Below are positions 22,494 through 34,549 of a stretch of DNA of 64,000 bases, piece by piece. Source of the DNA: Piedraia hortae CBS 480.64. Lineage: Eukaryota. Each line of letters starts with the position of its first letter. The stretch's first letter is position 1. The translations under genes were made by a program, and so were the position numbers. Location of the stretch: NCBI GenBank assembly GCA_010093745.1, contig MU005997.1:62001-126000 (forward strand), in the 5' to 3' direction. Below the pieces are notes generated by a model. That model did no database searches, was not told where the DNA came from, and saw only the letters and a list, made by a program, of their open reading frames with translations.

Positions 22494-24498
22494 ATGGCCG
22501 ACACGGACTTGTCTATCCAGAACATCCTACCGCTGCCTACAAACGTCGAAGCAGCGGTTGACCCCAATAAGATGGAGGTTTTGCACACTTTAGATGACAA
22601 ACCGACGGGCAGCCATGCGCTGGCTGTTGACGACCATGATGAAAAAGGCGCCGCGCAAGTGGAACCCCATGTTGCAACCGACCTTGGATGGAACGAACCA
22701 GAGTATAAATTGCCAGACCCTCTTGTTGGCGGCCTGAAGAACGATGATCTTTGGGTTTTGATCAGAAGGTTCAACAAGGTATCATAACTAACCACAACTA
22801 ATTCCAGGCTGATCAGTGTAGCAAATGTACCATGTCAAAGAGTCTCGATTTCCCGTACCAGGGAATCTCGATCTCAACGTAGCAGAGGACGAAGAGTTCT
22901 CTCCCGATAAGCTACGGGCGACGATTGAAAGGATCTATATGACCATCGGAATGGGCATCCTCGCTACCACCAAACACGTAGCGCGTCTGCGGTCTTGGAG
23001 GGAGACCAGACGAACAGCTGCTTTCTGTTTGGCGTACACGGTTGCCTGGATGTTCGATTTCCTGGTTCCTCTACTGAGCATAGTGCTGATTACGTTGATC
23101 ATGTACCCGCGAAGCCGGAGTGTGATGTTTCCGCCTGTCCCGATTGCTTTAATATCAGCCGACACGGGTGGAATTCAGAAGCCAGCAGCAGGCATGCTAG
23201 GGTCAACCGACTCCGCTACGGGCGCAGCGGAGAACCACAAAGGCGAGGCAGTGGAGCAGGAAGCCACGCACTTTGTCAATGGCATTGCGTCTGTTGCTCT
23301 TTCTGGGGCCAGCGGGAAACACCCACAGGCAGAACCCACAACCGAAGCTGTAGACGACAAAGTCCCTGATCCCACAGCAGTAGCCACGGGCGTAAGCGAA
23401 GCACGCGTAGCCGCCCAAAGTGGGCCACAAGGCGATAAAGCCAAAGTACCCATGGAAACCGCGATGTGGAACAAGATGCGTCCTCTAATGCACGGCCTGG
23501 GCGAAGCGGTCGATACATGGGAAAGGCTCGGAAACGCACTGAGTCCCACACCACCTTTCCCTCGAGACGTCTACCGCCTCCGTCTAGCCAGTGTCATGGT
23601 TCCTCTCCTGGGAATCTCAATCTTCACAACGCCCTACACAGTCATCAAATCCAGCACCTTCATGCTAGGCTTCATCTTCTTCGGCGATCCCATAATCCAA
23701 CGAGGCCTCGCACTCCTCAACCGCAAATTCCCCAAATGGCAAAAACTCCTCGAACTCCGCAACACCCTCCTCAAGGGAATCCCCACCAACGCCCAACTGA
23801 CACTAACCCTCCTGCGCATCGGCGAAGCCAACAACGCACCTTTACCGCCACCGCCCTCCTCCCTGACCCCACCCCCCGAAGATCCCGCAATCGACCCCAC
23901 CCACCCCTCCCTCGACGCCCTCGACGCAAGCGACGGGGAAGTGTCCTCAGCAATCGATCCCACCTCCGACACCACCCCTTCCGACCCCCCAAAGAAATCC
24001 AAAGGCAAACGGGTCCTCGGCGTAGTGAAAGGCGGCGTAAAAGGCGCCATCGAAACCGCTTTGGGGGCAGACAAACTCAAAGCAAAAGTCGGAAGCGAGA
24101 ATGCCAAGAAGCGCGTGGGTGTCATTCCCTCAAAAGCGCGCGTGGAACTTGAAGAGGGACCCAAGGAGTTTAGGTGTAGATTTCGGGGGAAGAGGGGTAC
24201 ACTGTTCATTTCCGATGGTGGGGAGGGGAGGGGGAAGGTTGTTACTTTTTGTTTAGATAGGAAGGATGAAGAGGTATGGTCGCTCCGCGCGGGGGATGTT
24301 GCGGAGTTGAAGAAGATTGGGGGGTTTGGGTGGAAAGCGAAACTTGTTGTTGGGTGGGCGTTGGATAGGGAGGTGGCGGATGGGTTGGAGATTGTCGATC
24401 GCCATGGGGAGGGAGTGGTTCTTACTGCGATGGTGTTGCGTGACGAGTTGTTTAATAGACTTGTTGCGTTGGGGGGGCAGAAGTGGGTTTCGTATTAG
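22494..24498 (+). CDS. DUF3292-like conserved fungal membrane protein
   Basis: DLGW..PLVGGLKNDDLWVLIRRFNK|QMYHVK, LDLNVAEDEEFSPDKLRATIERIY, RLRSWRE, GIPTNAQLTLTLLRIGE, RDELFNRL; intron 22779-22821. Confidence 0.8.
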
Positions 24499-24575
24499 TC
24501 GTAGTTTATGGCGAGAAGGATTTTTACTATTAGATGTCATGGGAGAAGTATGGGTGAAGTGGTCATTCTATAGTT

Positions 24576-26677
24576 CTACCCATCGCTTCCTCCGCTTCCA
24601 AAAGACGCACAGAGAGAGGTATATTCGTACGCGAGGTCGAGAACGTGGGGAGGCAAGTTCGACGCCTGAATAAGACTACGCACTTTGAGTGCGCCTTCGT
24701 CTTCGATGAGTCGTCTCATGAAGACTAACAGGTCTGGTGAAAACTGTTTCCGTTAGCCAAGGCGCACACAATACTGGTGACAACTCACCTCGGAATACCA
24801 CCGAAACTGCCACGCAATGAGCCTGATGAGTGCATCCAGTGTCCCCTTTTTATCCCCCTTTCGCTCGCACCATTCCATGATGCCCCGTGTGGCCTTTGGG
24901 CTGAACCGTATTTCGAGACAATAATGCCACGCCTCGACTGCATCTTCAGGATGGTGCAGTCGCTCTGCCAGCTCTCCCAGAATCTCCCATTCCTCAGCAG
25001 ACTTGTCATACGTAATCTTTTGTTGCTTGTACTGCGTTGCTTCGGTCCGCCAGATGGTGTAGATGCGCAAGTCTTCGTATAACACCATGAAGAGGTTATC
25101 TAACCAGCGTTCGCAAAGACGTTTGTGCTGGAACTGGGTGTATGTTTGGTGGGACGGATCGGGCGGCTGGTCCCCGTCTGGGTGTGAATCTGCCGCCACG
25201 AACCCCTGTGGCCTCGAGACGCCGTGGTCCTCTTCCGCACCGTTGGACGCCCCATCTCCGTCTCTCGCGGGTCCGGCCATGCTCGCATTCCGGCTGTGGC
25301 CTCCCGTCTGTCTCTCGTTACGATATTCCTCCTCCATGACAAACACCTGACTTCGAATCTTCAGCAAATGGTCCCAACCAATCTTTTTTGTCAGCCCCGT
25401 TAGCAGCGCATACGCCTTGGCAAATGTTCCCTTGTAGTTGCCAGCCGAAAGCCGCCGTAGGGTGTGGCGAACAGTATCATTCTCCGAGGCGGCATTATCA
25501 TCGATCTCGTTGCAAATCGTTTCGGGCGCAAGAGGGAGAACCATCTTGGAGGGCTCCGGTAGCCGAGGGGCATCCTTGTCCTGATAAGTAAACATGGGAC
25601 ACGAATTCAGAGTCAGCAGCGCCAGATCCCATTTTTCCAAAGCAACGTAAGTCTCTGCGAGTCGTGCCCAGGTGCCAAACTCGGACGGCGCGGCCACCAC
25701 CTCCCGCCTCGCAATTTCCAGAGCCAGATCGCTGCGTCCCTTGCGATTGCAAAAGTCGGCCTGGCAGTCCAACAGCGCGTGGTCCATGGGAAGGTCGGAA
25801 ATGGCATCGTGCAGCAGCCTCACCGCCGTAACCTCTTCATCTCCAGCCAAATAGACGTATGCGAGCAGAGAGGCGACCTCATTGTCGCGCTCGCGCAGCT
25901 TCTCAAATAGGTTGATGCCAGATGCATAGCGTCCGGTGGTCCTGATGTAATGCAGCAGTCCAGCAGTCATATGGTTCGCGACAAGAGTTGGGACTTGAAT
26001 CTCGGGATCGGAGCCCAGCTGCCATCCGCTAAAGAACAATTTCTCGGCTGCATCCATAAACTTTTGCTCTTGCTCCGTATTTGCAACCGGATTGAGTCGC
26101 CGGACGCCCATGATACGCTTTATCTGGTCGCCGGATCCATTGTCGGCATAGCTGTAGGCGCGCAACACGCTGCAGAGATATGTTTCCAGCCAAAGTTCCT
26201 CGGTAGCGTCCAGTTTCTGGCCGCGTTCGTCGACACAGTACGATTCTACAGTTCCGGGAATCTTGACTTGCACGCGCATGTCGACGCGCGAAAAGGCATT
26301 GTAGCAGCAGTACAGCCCGGACGTCATTTTGGTCGTCTTGTCGTGTGTTTGGTGGATAAGAGTGTTGATGTACGCAGCCAAAGCCGCAGATGACGAGGCA
26401 TCGAGGCCGGTTACATGGTGATAGACGCCTACCTATCGACCTTTAGCTTTCATCTGACCCAAGTCTTGGCCTTCGTACCGATTTCGATGCGCTCTTGATC
26501 GACTGTTTGGTCAGGTGGACCAGATCCGGAGGGCCTAATTCCCTCAGCGACTGCAGACTCTCGGTGCGGATGTCTACAACAGGATGCGCTTCAGTCTCGT
26601 ACAGTCTATTGCTGTTAGTTAATTATTCGGTCGCGCTGGAGCCAAACGGCATACTCTGGCACTGCTGTTCGGACCAT
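24576..26677 (-). CDS. BUD7: Exomer ChAPs-family protein (Bud7/Bch1), 4 exons
   Basis: LRELGPPDLVHL, YHHVTGLDASSSAALAAY, YCCYNAFSRVD, ALLTLNSCPMF, KRLCERWLDNLFMVLYEDLR, RWYSE|FSP. Confidence 0.9.
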
Positions 26678-27539
26678 GTTGGCTGGAGCTATCCGTATGA
26701 CAATCCACGTCTCTATACAAGGCCGTCTGCTGTCGTAAGAAATCACGTCGCAACTCGTCCGGCGATGCTGTTGACGAGGCGGGAGTTGGCCGGATCGGGC
26801 CGTGCATTCCTAGTTCAGACGAACGAATCACGACTCACCGATCGCTCAGGGTTCGGCCCGCACTTCTCGCACACCAACTTATTGAAGCCAATACGATAAT
26901 TTGTTGACACATTCAATTTGTGCAAGAAATCACAACACCCGCCTGATCCTCATAGTTCCTTCATCGACACAATCCCGAAGACGAAGGGATCGATCAATGC
27001 AATGATGCAAATTTATGGCACATTCTGCCATACTTTTCACAATAATCCCACCACATTTTTTTTTCTCATCGTTCCGACAGGACAGTGGCAATTAAGTGAT
27101 CATGACGGCGGTCATGAAGAATATACCCAAGGATGTCGTTTACGAATACTGCCGAACACCTTATAAAATTCAAGTTGCAGCTGTTGCATATAACATGTCA
27201 CCGGCATATGCAACATTTCCAGGCTTCCTCAATTCAAGATATGTATAGCCGCCATTCCACCTTTAACTTCAACTAATGCTGACTGATAATTATAGGGGCC
27301 AAGCTGGCTGTTCTTCTTGCGAACGGTGTGCGTGATTGACAGCATTCCTACCTGGTTGCGGTGCCAGTCATTCTGTCCTTCTTGCTTCAGCTTCTCATAC
27401 ATTTTCGAATTCACAGGGCTGAACTCCCTCGAGAAGCCACACCAGGGCCGGTAGAACAGTGATGCAATGACCAGTTGCTACCCGTCCCATCTGCCTGGGG
27501 CATAGACCGTGCTCTTCGAGTGAAGTTCAACGACATATG

Positions 27540-28900
27540 GGAGCTGATGTTGGGGCGACATTTCACCTAGAGCTCTTGAATCTGGCGACATGATCCGAAT
27601 TGCTGACAGTCACTGCCGGCAGACATAATCTTCGTTTGCAACGTCGGCGGCCGCGTAGATTATCTCGCAATTAGCCACTCCTACAAGTCGATGAACAACG
27701 GGATAGAGACCATACCTACCCGCGCCAACCCGCCAAGTTTGCCCGGCTATCGACCAGGATGCTCTTGCAGCTATCGACGAGACCTGGGTCAACGGTAAGT
27801 CGTTTGCTACCAAGTTCCAGAACGATTCAGCCTACTTTACTACGTACTGCTTCCAAAAAGTTGCACGTATGCAATTGTGACAATCCTGAAGTTTGTTGGC
27901 TCGTTCACCTACGGCATTCTCTACTAGCGAGTACGCAACAACTCATGGGTGGTCATACTCCTTCCGCTTGGCAATTGCTTTGGCGGGTGGATTCATCCTC
28001 AGGTTCAAGTCAAAATCGCGCCAGGAAGAATACAATAGCACCATGTACAATTCAGCAGCTCGCGGGACCGTTGCTCTTGATGGCGTATAACAAGTCTTGC
28101 GAAGAGGCGGAAGCACAGTGGAGGAGCCCCAGAGGGGGGAAGGTCTGGCTCACCCTCGCCACGGACGCATAGACAAACTGCCGTGGCGAACCTATCGTAA
28201 ACTACGTGCTCGTTACCCCAGAAGCGAAGTCGTTCTTCTATCGGTCAGTGCCACCAGGCATCAACAAGCACACCACCGATTACCCCTGAAAAGTCATCGA
28301 TGAGGTCGGCTCAGAAAATGTCGATGTGATCAGCACTAACACGGCGTCCAACATCCGAAAGGCCGTATGGATGGTGTTGCCCAGGAAAAGTTTCTTGTCA
28401 AATGCACCCGGGCATCAATAATGTAGCTCGCCATCTGCTGCAATTCCCGCCAATTCGACCTTCTGATCAAAGGCATTTGTTTAAAAATCTGCTGGTTAAG
28501 GCTGTTGAACTAGCAAAGTATTTTCGCTCGCCTCATAATACCATCGGCCGAGCTCGAGTTATCGGGGCTTGGGAGATCTCCCTAGCTTGCTGGTCAAAAC
28601 CAGATGACAGTCGAACAATAACTGCTTGGACTCGTTGCTCGCATGAAAGGAAGCGATCAAACTGGTTGTGAATTTGTCGGCGGTCAAAAAAGTTCAAGGA
28701 GCATTCCGAACCCGAACGTCAAGGATGTGAAGTGGTAGGCCGATATTCAGCAGCTGTTAAGTTGGCACCGTCTTTACGGATCCAAGCGGAGAATACCCGT
28801 ACTCGGCTCGAAAATCACGAAACGAGGTTCAAGGTCCTTTGAGGCAGTGTAAAGTCTCAAGTGGAAAGAACACTCAGTCCTGCCAATTACACTGCATGTT
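27540..28900 (+). mobile_element. Degenerate hAT-superfamily DNA transposase relic
   Basis: QQLAGPLL..AY, WLTLATDA*TNCRGEPIVNYVLVTP..FFYRSV....KHT, KVIDEVGSENVDVISTNTASNIRKA, H.INNVARHLL..KAVELAKYFRS match the hAT RNase H-fold pattern; stops and frameshifts; no TIRs recognised, so boundaries are approximate. Confidence 0.75.
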
Positions 28901-29153
28901 GAAGACTAACCGTGGACAACACGAACTGCTCGATTCTACATCCCGCATGGACACAGTAGCCAGAACCATACCGTTACAGCGAAGCTTTTCAGGAATCCAT
29001 ATGAAAAGTGCTAGACCGAAACATCACTACCTATATAGCATACTCTCAGAGTGCAACAACTCCCAACGGGAAAACCCCCATTCCACCTGATGAATCTCTC
29101 ATAAAGATGCTTCGTAACCTACCCAAACACCAATCATAATCATAACCATGGTA

Positions 29154-29828
29154 TCAAATCAAACCTCTCTGCCATCGCCCAAACAGATACCCCGTCCCAA
29201 ACCCAATCACAGACACAAGAACCACAACACCAAGACACGTAATCACCAACCTCGTGAACCCTCTCTTCCTCTTTACTTTCCCTTCCTTCTCCTTCTCCTT
29301 CTCCTTCCCCCTCTTCCTCTTCTTCTTCTCCTCCTCCCCAACCGACGGCTCCGACTCCGGCAACCGCTCCTTCAACGTGGGCACAAACCCCTCATCAAAC
29401 CCAAAACCCCTCTCTATCGCTTCATCATCCGATTCCCCTACCCCGGAGGGAGTCGTTTCCCTAAAAAGCCTCACGGATCCGTAGTTCGGCCCGCGTTTGG
29501 ACGCAGCTTCAGCGCATGAGAGGACTGTTGTGAGGCTGGTGAGGAGTGCTTCGTTTTGGTGTAGGACTTTTGCTAGTGGATGGGAGGAGGAGTGGGTTCT
29601 TCTGGGTGGGGTAGTTGGACCGCTGGTTTGGGATGGTGAGGGGTCGGTGAAGCGCCTGGCTTCGCGTAGGGAGGCTTTGCGATGGAGGTCGGGACGGGAG
29701 AAGGCGTTAGGGTGTGGTTTGAATGTCGTTGGGGTGGGGGAGGCTTCTTCTTGAACCGGCTCGTCGAGTTCGGTTGTTGGGGAAGGAGGTCGGGATGGTA
29801 ATTCTACCCACGACTCGGACATGGCCAT
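29154..29828 (-). CDS. Tail-anchored protein with an N-terminal LIR/AIM-like WVEL motif; uncharacterised
   Basis: MAMSESWVELPS; Ser/Pro-rich linker; NEALLTSLTTVLSCAEAA helix; Lys-rich stretch; C-terminal TM LVITCLGVVVLVSVIGFGTGYLFG followed by RWQR. Confidence 0.75.
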   Translation of the reverse strand: MAMSESWVELPSRPPSPTTELDEPVQEEASPTPTTFKPHPNAFSRPDLHRKASLREARRFTDPSPSQTSGPTTPPRRTHSSSHPLAKVLHQNEALLTSLTTVLSCAEAASKRGPNYGSVRLFRETTPSGVGESDDEAIERGFGFDEGFVPTLKERLPESEPSVGEEEKKKRKRGKEKEKEKEGKVKRKRGFTRLVITCLGVVVLVSVIGFGTGYLFGRWQRGLI

Positions 29829-30002
29829 GGTTACGGTTGGGACGAGATGGAGAGGACAACTACAAAAGTGTGGCCTGATGAAAGATGCAGTGTCATGCGC
29901 CACCAGGCAAGGCACCATCAACGCCCCGCGCGCGTGGGGCAAACATGTGACGAATTTGGGGGCTAAACAACCTGGTCACGGTCTACGTCATGCGACTACG
30001 GA

Positions 30003-31933
30003 TTAGAACGTTGTCTTCTGGCCGCTAAAGTCTCCAAATCCTCCGCGGTTGGTGGAAAAGTTACCACGGCCGCGCTGGTTTCCTTGTCCACGGCGATTAC
30101 CTTGAAATCCCGCACGGCCTCCTGCGCGGCCAAAGCCACCCTGACGTGCGCGGCCCCCTCCGCCCATGTTGTGCTGACCACCGCTCTGATCGCGGCTGCT
30201 GGCGTAGTCGAGACGGATAGGACGGTTGTCAATGTACGAGCCCTGGCATCCTTCAAACGCAGCCTTGGCCTCATCAATGGAGCCCATCTCGACGTAGGCA
30301 AAACCCTTGGGTCGGCCAGACTCGCGGTCAGTAGGCATGCGCACGGCGTTGATAGTTCCGTAGCTTGAAAAGTGCCCGGACAGCATGTCCTCGTTGGCGT
30401 TGAACGACAGATTGGCGACAAACAAAGTCGTAGACGGCGCAGACGGCACGTCCCCAAACTTGTTGGCGCGGTTGTTCGGGCGCTCCTGGCGTTCCGTGCC
30501 AAAGTCAACGCGAATGGCACGGCCATCAACGTCGGCGCCGTTCTTGGCTTCCAAGGCCTTGACGGCCGAGTCGACGTCCTTGAAGGTGACGTAGCCAAAG
30601 CCTTTGCTGCGGCCAGATGAAGGATCAGTGACGAGACGCACGTCAACCACTTCGCCAAACTCGCCAAACTCCTGACCCAGCAGGTCCGCATCGACGTTCC
30701 AGCTTAGGTTGCCCACAAACAGCTTGGCGGTCGGCTCCTTGAGCTCGCCCCCGACCATGACCTTGCTGCGCTTGGACGTGAACGTGTCCTCCGTCTCGGC
30801 CTTGCGCTTCTTGCCAGCCTCCTTGGCAGTCTCTTTGGAAGCTGGCTTTTCTTCCTCCTCGTCGGAAGATGAAGACTCGTCGGAGGAGTCCTCGGTGCCT
30901 TCAGACGCAGAAGAGTCGTCCTGTCACTGGTTAGCATGATTTTCTATAGCATAGTGAGACATCATACCTTGGCGGCCTTAGCCTTGGGCTTGGCCTCTTT
31001 CTCGTCGTCACTATCGCTCTCCGAACTAGACTCGTCGCTGGTCTCAGCAGCCTTGGCGACCTTTGTGGTAACCTTGGCCTTCTTGGTGACAGTCTTAGAT
31101 GGCTTGGTCTCCTCCTCGGACTCATCGCTACTGCTCTCAGCCGCGGCCGTTACGGCAGCCTTGGTAGGCTTCTCGTCCTCGCTATCAGACTCTTCAGAGG
31201 AATCTTCGGACGCAGACGTATTGTCAGAAGATTCATTTGTACCGTTGGCCTTGGGCTTGGTTTCGACCTTTGTTTCCACAACCTTGGTGGTGGTGGCCGG
31301 CGCATCAGAGTCGCTGGAGTCGGACTCGGAAGAGTCGCTAGAGTCGTTAGAATCGCTAGAATCGCTACTATCCTTGGGAGCAGCCTTTGCCACGACATTA
31401 ACGGCAGCCTTCTTGTCAGCAATCTTGCCATTAGCAGCCTTTCCATTATTAGCCTTCCCATTAACCTTGCCGTTGGCCGGCTTAGCAACTTCCTCCTCAG
31501 GCTCCGACTCCGACTCCGACTCCGACTCCGACTCAGAAGAAGTATCCTCCTTAGCCGCAGCCTTGGGCTGGGTTTTGACGACGGTCGTCTTCTTGACAAC
31601 CTTCTCAACCTCCGACTCTGACTCACTGCTCGAGTCCTCCGCATCATTCATAACGACATCCTCACTCTCCGACGACTCTTCATCGGGAGTAGGCTCCTTC
31701 TTGGCCTTCTTGCCACCCTTCTTCCCATCAGCTGCAGGCTTGGCTGCAGACTTAGCCTTAGCCTTCATCTCCTTAACCTTGGTCTTCTCAGCCGCAACGA
31801 CTTTCTTAGCCGTATCTTTGGCAGTAGCCTTAGCCACCTTCTTCGGCGTCTCAGCGGCCTTGGTCACACGACCCGTCTTGACCTTCTTCTCTGTAGCTTT
31901 CGCCACCTTATTCGCAGCCTGCATCTTTGCCAT
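30003..31933 (-). CDS. NSR1: Nucleolin-like nucleolar protein (Nsr1/Gar2)
   Basis: Alternating K/A-rich and S/E/D-rich N-terminus, two RRMs (LFVGNLSW..KGFGYV; LFVANLSF..KGFAYV), RGG/GAR tail; intron 30921-30967. Confidence 0.93.
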
Positions 31934-32266
31934 TTCTTTTAATCACTATTCCCCTCAGAGAAACCCGTCAGCACAAAATCCAACCCTCGAAGACGTAGTC
32001 TTTGAAATCCAGCCCTCCAATCCCACCAGGTGAGAAAGAAAGAAAAACCCTCGAGAAGCTAAAGACCCTCGGTACCCTCGTCAGGTTGAAAAACCCTCTG
32101 TAGCGAAGCGACTCGCCAAGCGCAGTCTCAGTCTCAGTCTCAGGCGCGTGTTCCCACAAAAGCCCTCGACAGAACAGCCCTCTCTGTGTTCCTCTCAAAA
32201 ATCAGCAAAGAAAAAAAAAGCCCACGAACCAATAGTTTTGTCACGGTGTAAATGCGAGTTGGTGAG

Positions 32267-32285
32267 GATGAGAAAAATTTTTTTT
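32267..32285. promoter_or_regulatory. Overlapping PAC-like (GATGAG) and RRPE-like (AAAAATTTT) elements upstream of NSR1
   Basis: gatgagaaaaatttttttt lies about 340 bp upstream of a ribosome-biogenesis gene, the class these motifs are known from in yeasts. Confidence 0.55.
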
Positions 32286-32435
32286 GGAAATGGAAGTGCA
32301 TGAGGTGGGGCACCCAGCCTCCTCGCTAGCCGTATGGGGATTAGATCAATAACCACAAGACTGGGGCTTCGATGAATTACTAATCCTTGACCGCATCCTT
32401 AAACGGCGAAACGTCAAACTGACTCGGCAGAAGAA

Positions 32436-32705
32436 ATGTCTACCCAAGCGCAATTACCCGCCCAACCGGTCAAACTTTCTGCGTCGGCGGAAAACGGGGA
32501 GAAAGTCAAGGTTCGTTCCATCCCCATCAGTTGTATCTTTCACGCTGAATTAATAATCTAGCCATGCTGCGTCTGCAAAGAAGAGAAAAACTCGCGAGAC
32601 GAATGTATGCTTTTCAGCCGGGCGGCCGATCCTCAGGAGGAGTGTAAACCCCTAGTTGATAAGTACAGGGCATGTATGAAGGGGTATGGGTTTGAGATTC
32701 CGTGA
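32436..32705 (+). CDS. COX17: Cytochrome c oxidase copper chaperone Cox17 (absent from the ORF track)
   Basis: ..EKVK|PCCVCKEEKNSRDECMLFS..EECKPLVDKYRACMKGYGF; intron 32511-32561; CC motif plus twin CX9C. Confidence 0.95.
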
Positions 32706-32770
32706 TGCATTAGAAGGGGAATGGGGGTATGATTATTGTTTGTAATGGTAGTGTACAGATAACCAACTCT

Positions 32771-34381
32771 TCATTGAGTTTTCTTCTTTCCCACTCTACG
32801 AACTTCGATTGAGTTGTAGGCGAGGAGCAAGCACCAGAGATAACAGAGTACAAAAGCGGCACAGCCGAGGGAAATGTTTCCCACGACCCAGAGATCAGGG
32901 AGTTTTTCGGGAGGAGGGATTGTGCTTTCAATGATGTGCCACGCTGCCATGGCGACGTAGCTGCCTATGTGAATCAGCTTTGTGAGAGTGTTCAATTGGT
33001 TGGATTTGTAGACTGTTGGAAGGCCGATGAGGTAGGCCCAGAGGAGTGTGAGGACAAAGTAGGGAACGCGCAGACCGTCCCGGGCGACAAGGGGGAACAT
33101 GGTCCAGCAGCCAAGGATGTTTGCATAGCCCACCCAGGCCCGTATACTTGGGGTCAGTCCGCCTTCCGACGCCAGCAGCAGCGTCATGGGCAAGAGTGGC
33201 AGAAGAACATTCTTCTCATGCACTTGGTAGGAGCAGAGGAAAAAGCCCCAGCTTGATGCTGCGAGAGCGGGGAGGAGAGCTTTCTTCTGAGGGTGGAGAA
33301 ATAGGAGAAGACAAGGCGGAGTGATGAAGACAAGCGTCAGACCCAACGCTGCACGGCTGAGAAGAGCGGTGTCGTACTTGGAAAGCTTGAACAAGCCCGA
33401 GCTGTGGACGAAGCACCATATGTTTGCCACTTTGTCCTCAAAAAGGCCTCTTGCAAAGGGGAAAATCCGGTGTATTGCTTGTTTGACCACAGCGAGATAA
33501 GGATCGTGCCATAGCTGAGAGTCGAGCGCGACAGAAGTCGGAAGTGCATTTCGGCGGACATCGTAAGCGGTGCCCAAGAGTAACGGAGCAAAAAGAACGC
33601 CAAACAGCAGCAAAGTAACAAGCGCAATCCCACACAAAGTTGCAGGGCGGCAACGTGGAACGAAGCAGGTGCCCGCTAGAAATGCAGCTATAGCGGGTGC
33701 GTAGAAAAGGGCCATCTGCTTGAATCCCAAGGCAGCAACGAAGAACAGACAAGCCCAAAACGTGTCGTTTGTAAGCAATGCCGCAATCGTCGCAGCGGCG
33801 AACCCGAGCATGACTGAATTGTATTGAAAGTGACCATGATCGATCAGTATCAAGGCCGGTTGCATTAGAATTGCTGTAAGAGCCAAGTTTGCGCTCCAAG
33901 GGTCTTTGCCCAGTCTTCTCACGCACATTACCACGGCAGGAGCATACACCAAAATCTCTGACGCAGCCACAGACGCACGCATAAAGACTTTGAGGCCATA
34001 GTCCTCGACCCCTCGACTGACATAGAGAGCAAACCAACTGCTGTCGATCAAGCTGCCCAGTCGCCCGAGTAGCCATGAATGGTATGCTGTAAGAGGAGGA
34101 TAGTCCAGACCCCACCATTCGAGGTCGTAGAAATACCAGTGTGACATGGGCAGATGGGAGGTAATTTCCATCCAGTGTCGTTGAGCTTCAAAGTCTCCAT
34201 ATAGAGGAGGCTTTGCCATGCCAGAGTAGGGCCATAATGCAGTTGCCCATCGGAAGAGAAGTGCAGTTAGGCAGACGAGTAGAGGAGCTGTGTTGGATTT
34301 GGAAGGGGGTTTATAAGGAGACAGCAAGTTCTGAAGCAGGAACTCGTCTTTCTTCTTCTTCTTCGGACTCTTTTGAGCCAT
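32771..34381 (-). CDS. ALG6: Dolichyl-P-Glc alpha-1,3-glucosyltransferase
   Basis: PPLYGDFEAQRHWMEIT, WWGLDYPPLTAYHSW, IDHGHFQYN, HRIFPFARGLFEDKVAN, YQVHEK; KKTQ* ER retrieval signal. Confidence 0.95.
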   Translation of the reverse strand: MAQKSPKKKKKDEFLLQNLLSPYKPPSKSNTAPLLVCLTALLFRWATALWPYSGMAKPPLYGDFEAQRHWMEITSHLPMSHWYFYDLEWWGLDYPPLTAYHSWLLGRLGSLIDSSWFALYVSRGVEDYGLKVFMRASVAASEILVYAPAVVMCVRRLGKDPWSANLALTAILMQPALILIDHGHFQYNSVMLGFAAATIAALLTNDTFWACLFFVAALGFKQMALFYAPAIAAFLAGTCFVPRCRPATLCGIALVTLLLFGVLFAPLLLGTAYDVRRNALPTSVALDSQLWHDPYLAVVKQAIHRIFPFARGLFEDKVANIWCFVHSSGLFKLSKYDTALLSRAALGLTLVFITPPCLLLFLHPQKKALLPALAASSWGFFLCSYQVHEKNVLLPLLPMTLLLASEGGLTPSIRAWVGYANILGCWTMFPLVARDGLRVPYFVLTLLWAYLIGLPTVYKSNQLNTLTKLIHIGSYVAMAAWHIIESTIPPPEKLPDLWVVGNISLGCAAFVLCYLWCLLLAYNSIEVRRVGKKKTQ

Positions 34382-34549
34382 GGACTCGAACCATAGACCT
34401 CTCGTAGTGTTGGATCTTGTTGAGTGTCGTAAATCTAACCGAAAAGGGCAAGACATCAACGTCATTACACGCGTCGGCGGGGTAGTGGGACACCGTCAAC
34501 ACCAAGACAACCACCGAAACCATCAGGCCTTGAACAGGATATACACACC

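Noticed and set aside
30936..32033. 365-aa + strand ORF, and similar long antisense ORFs over RNA1, WBP11 and REG1
   Set aside because: Shadow frames of low-complexity or GC-rich coding sequence on the opposite strand.
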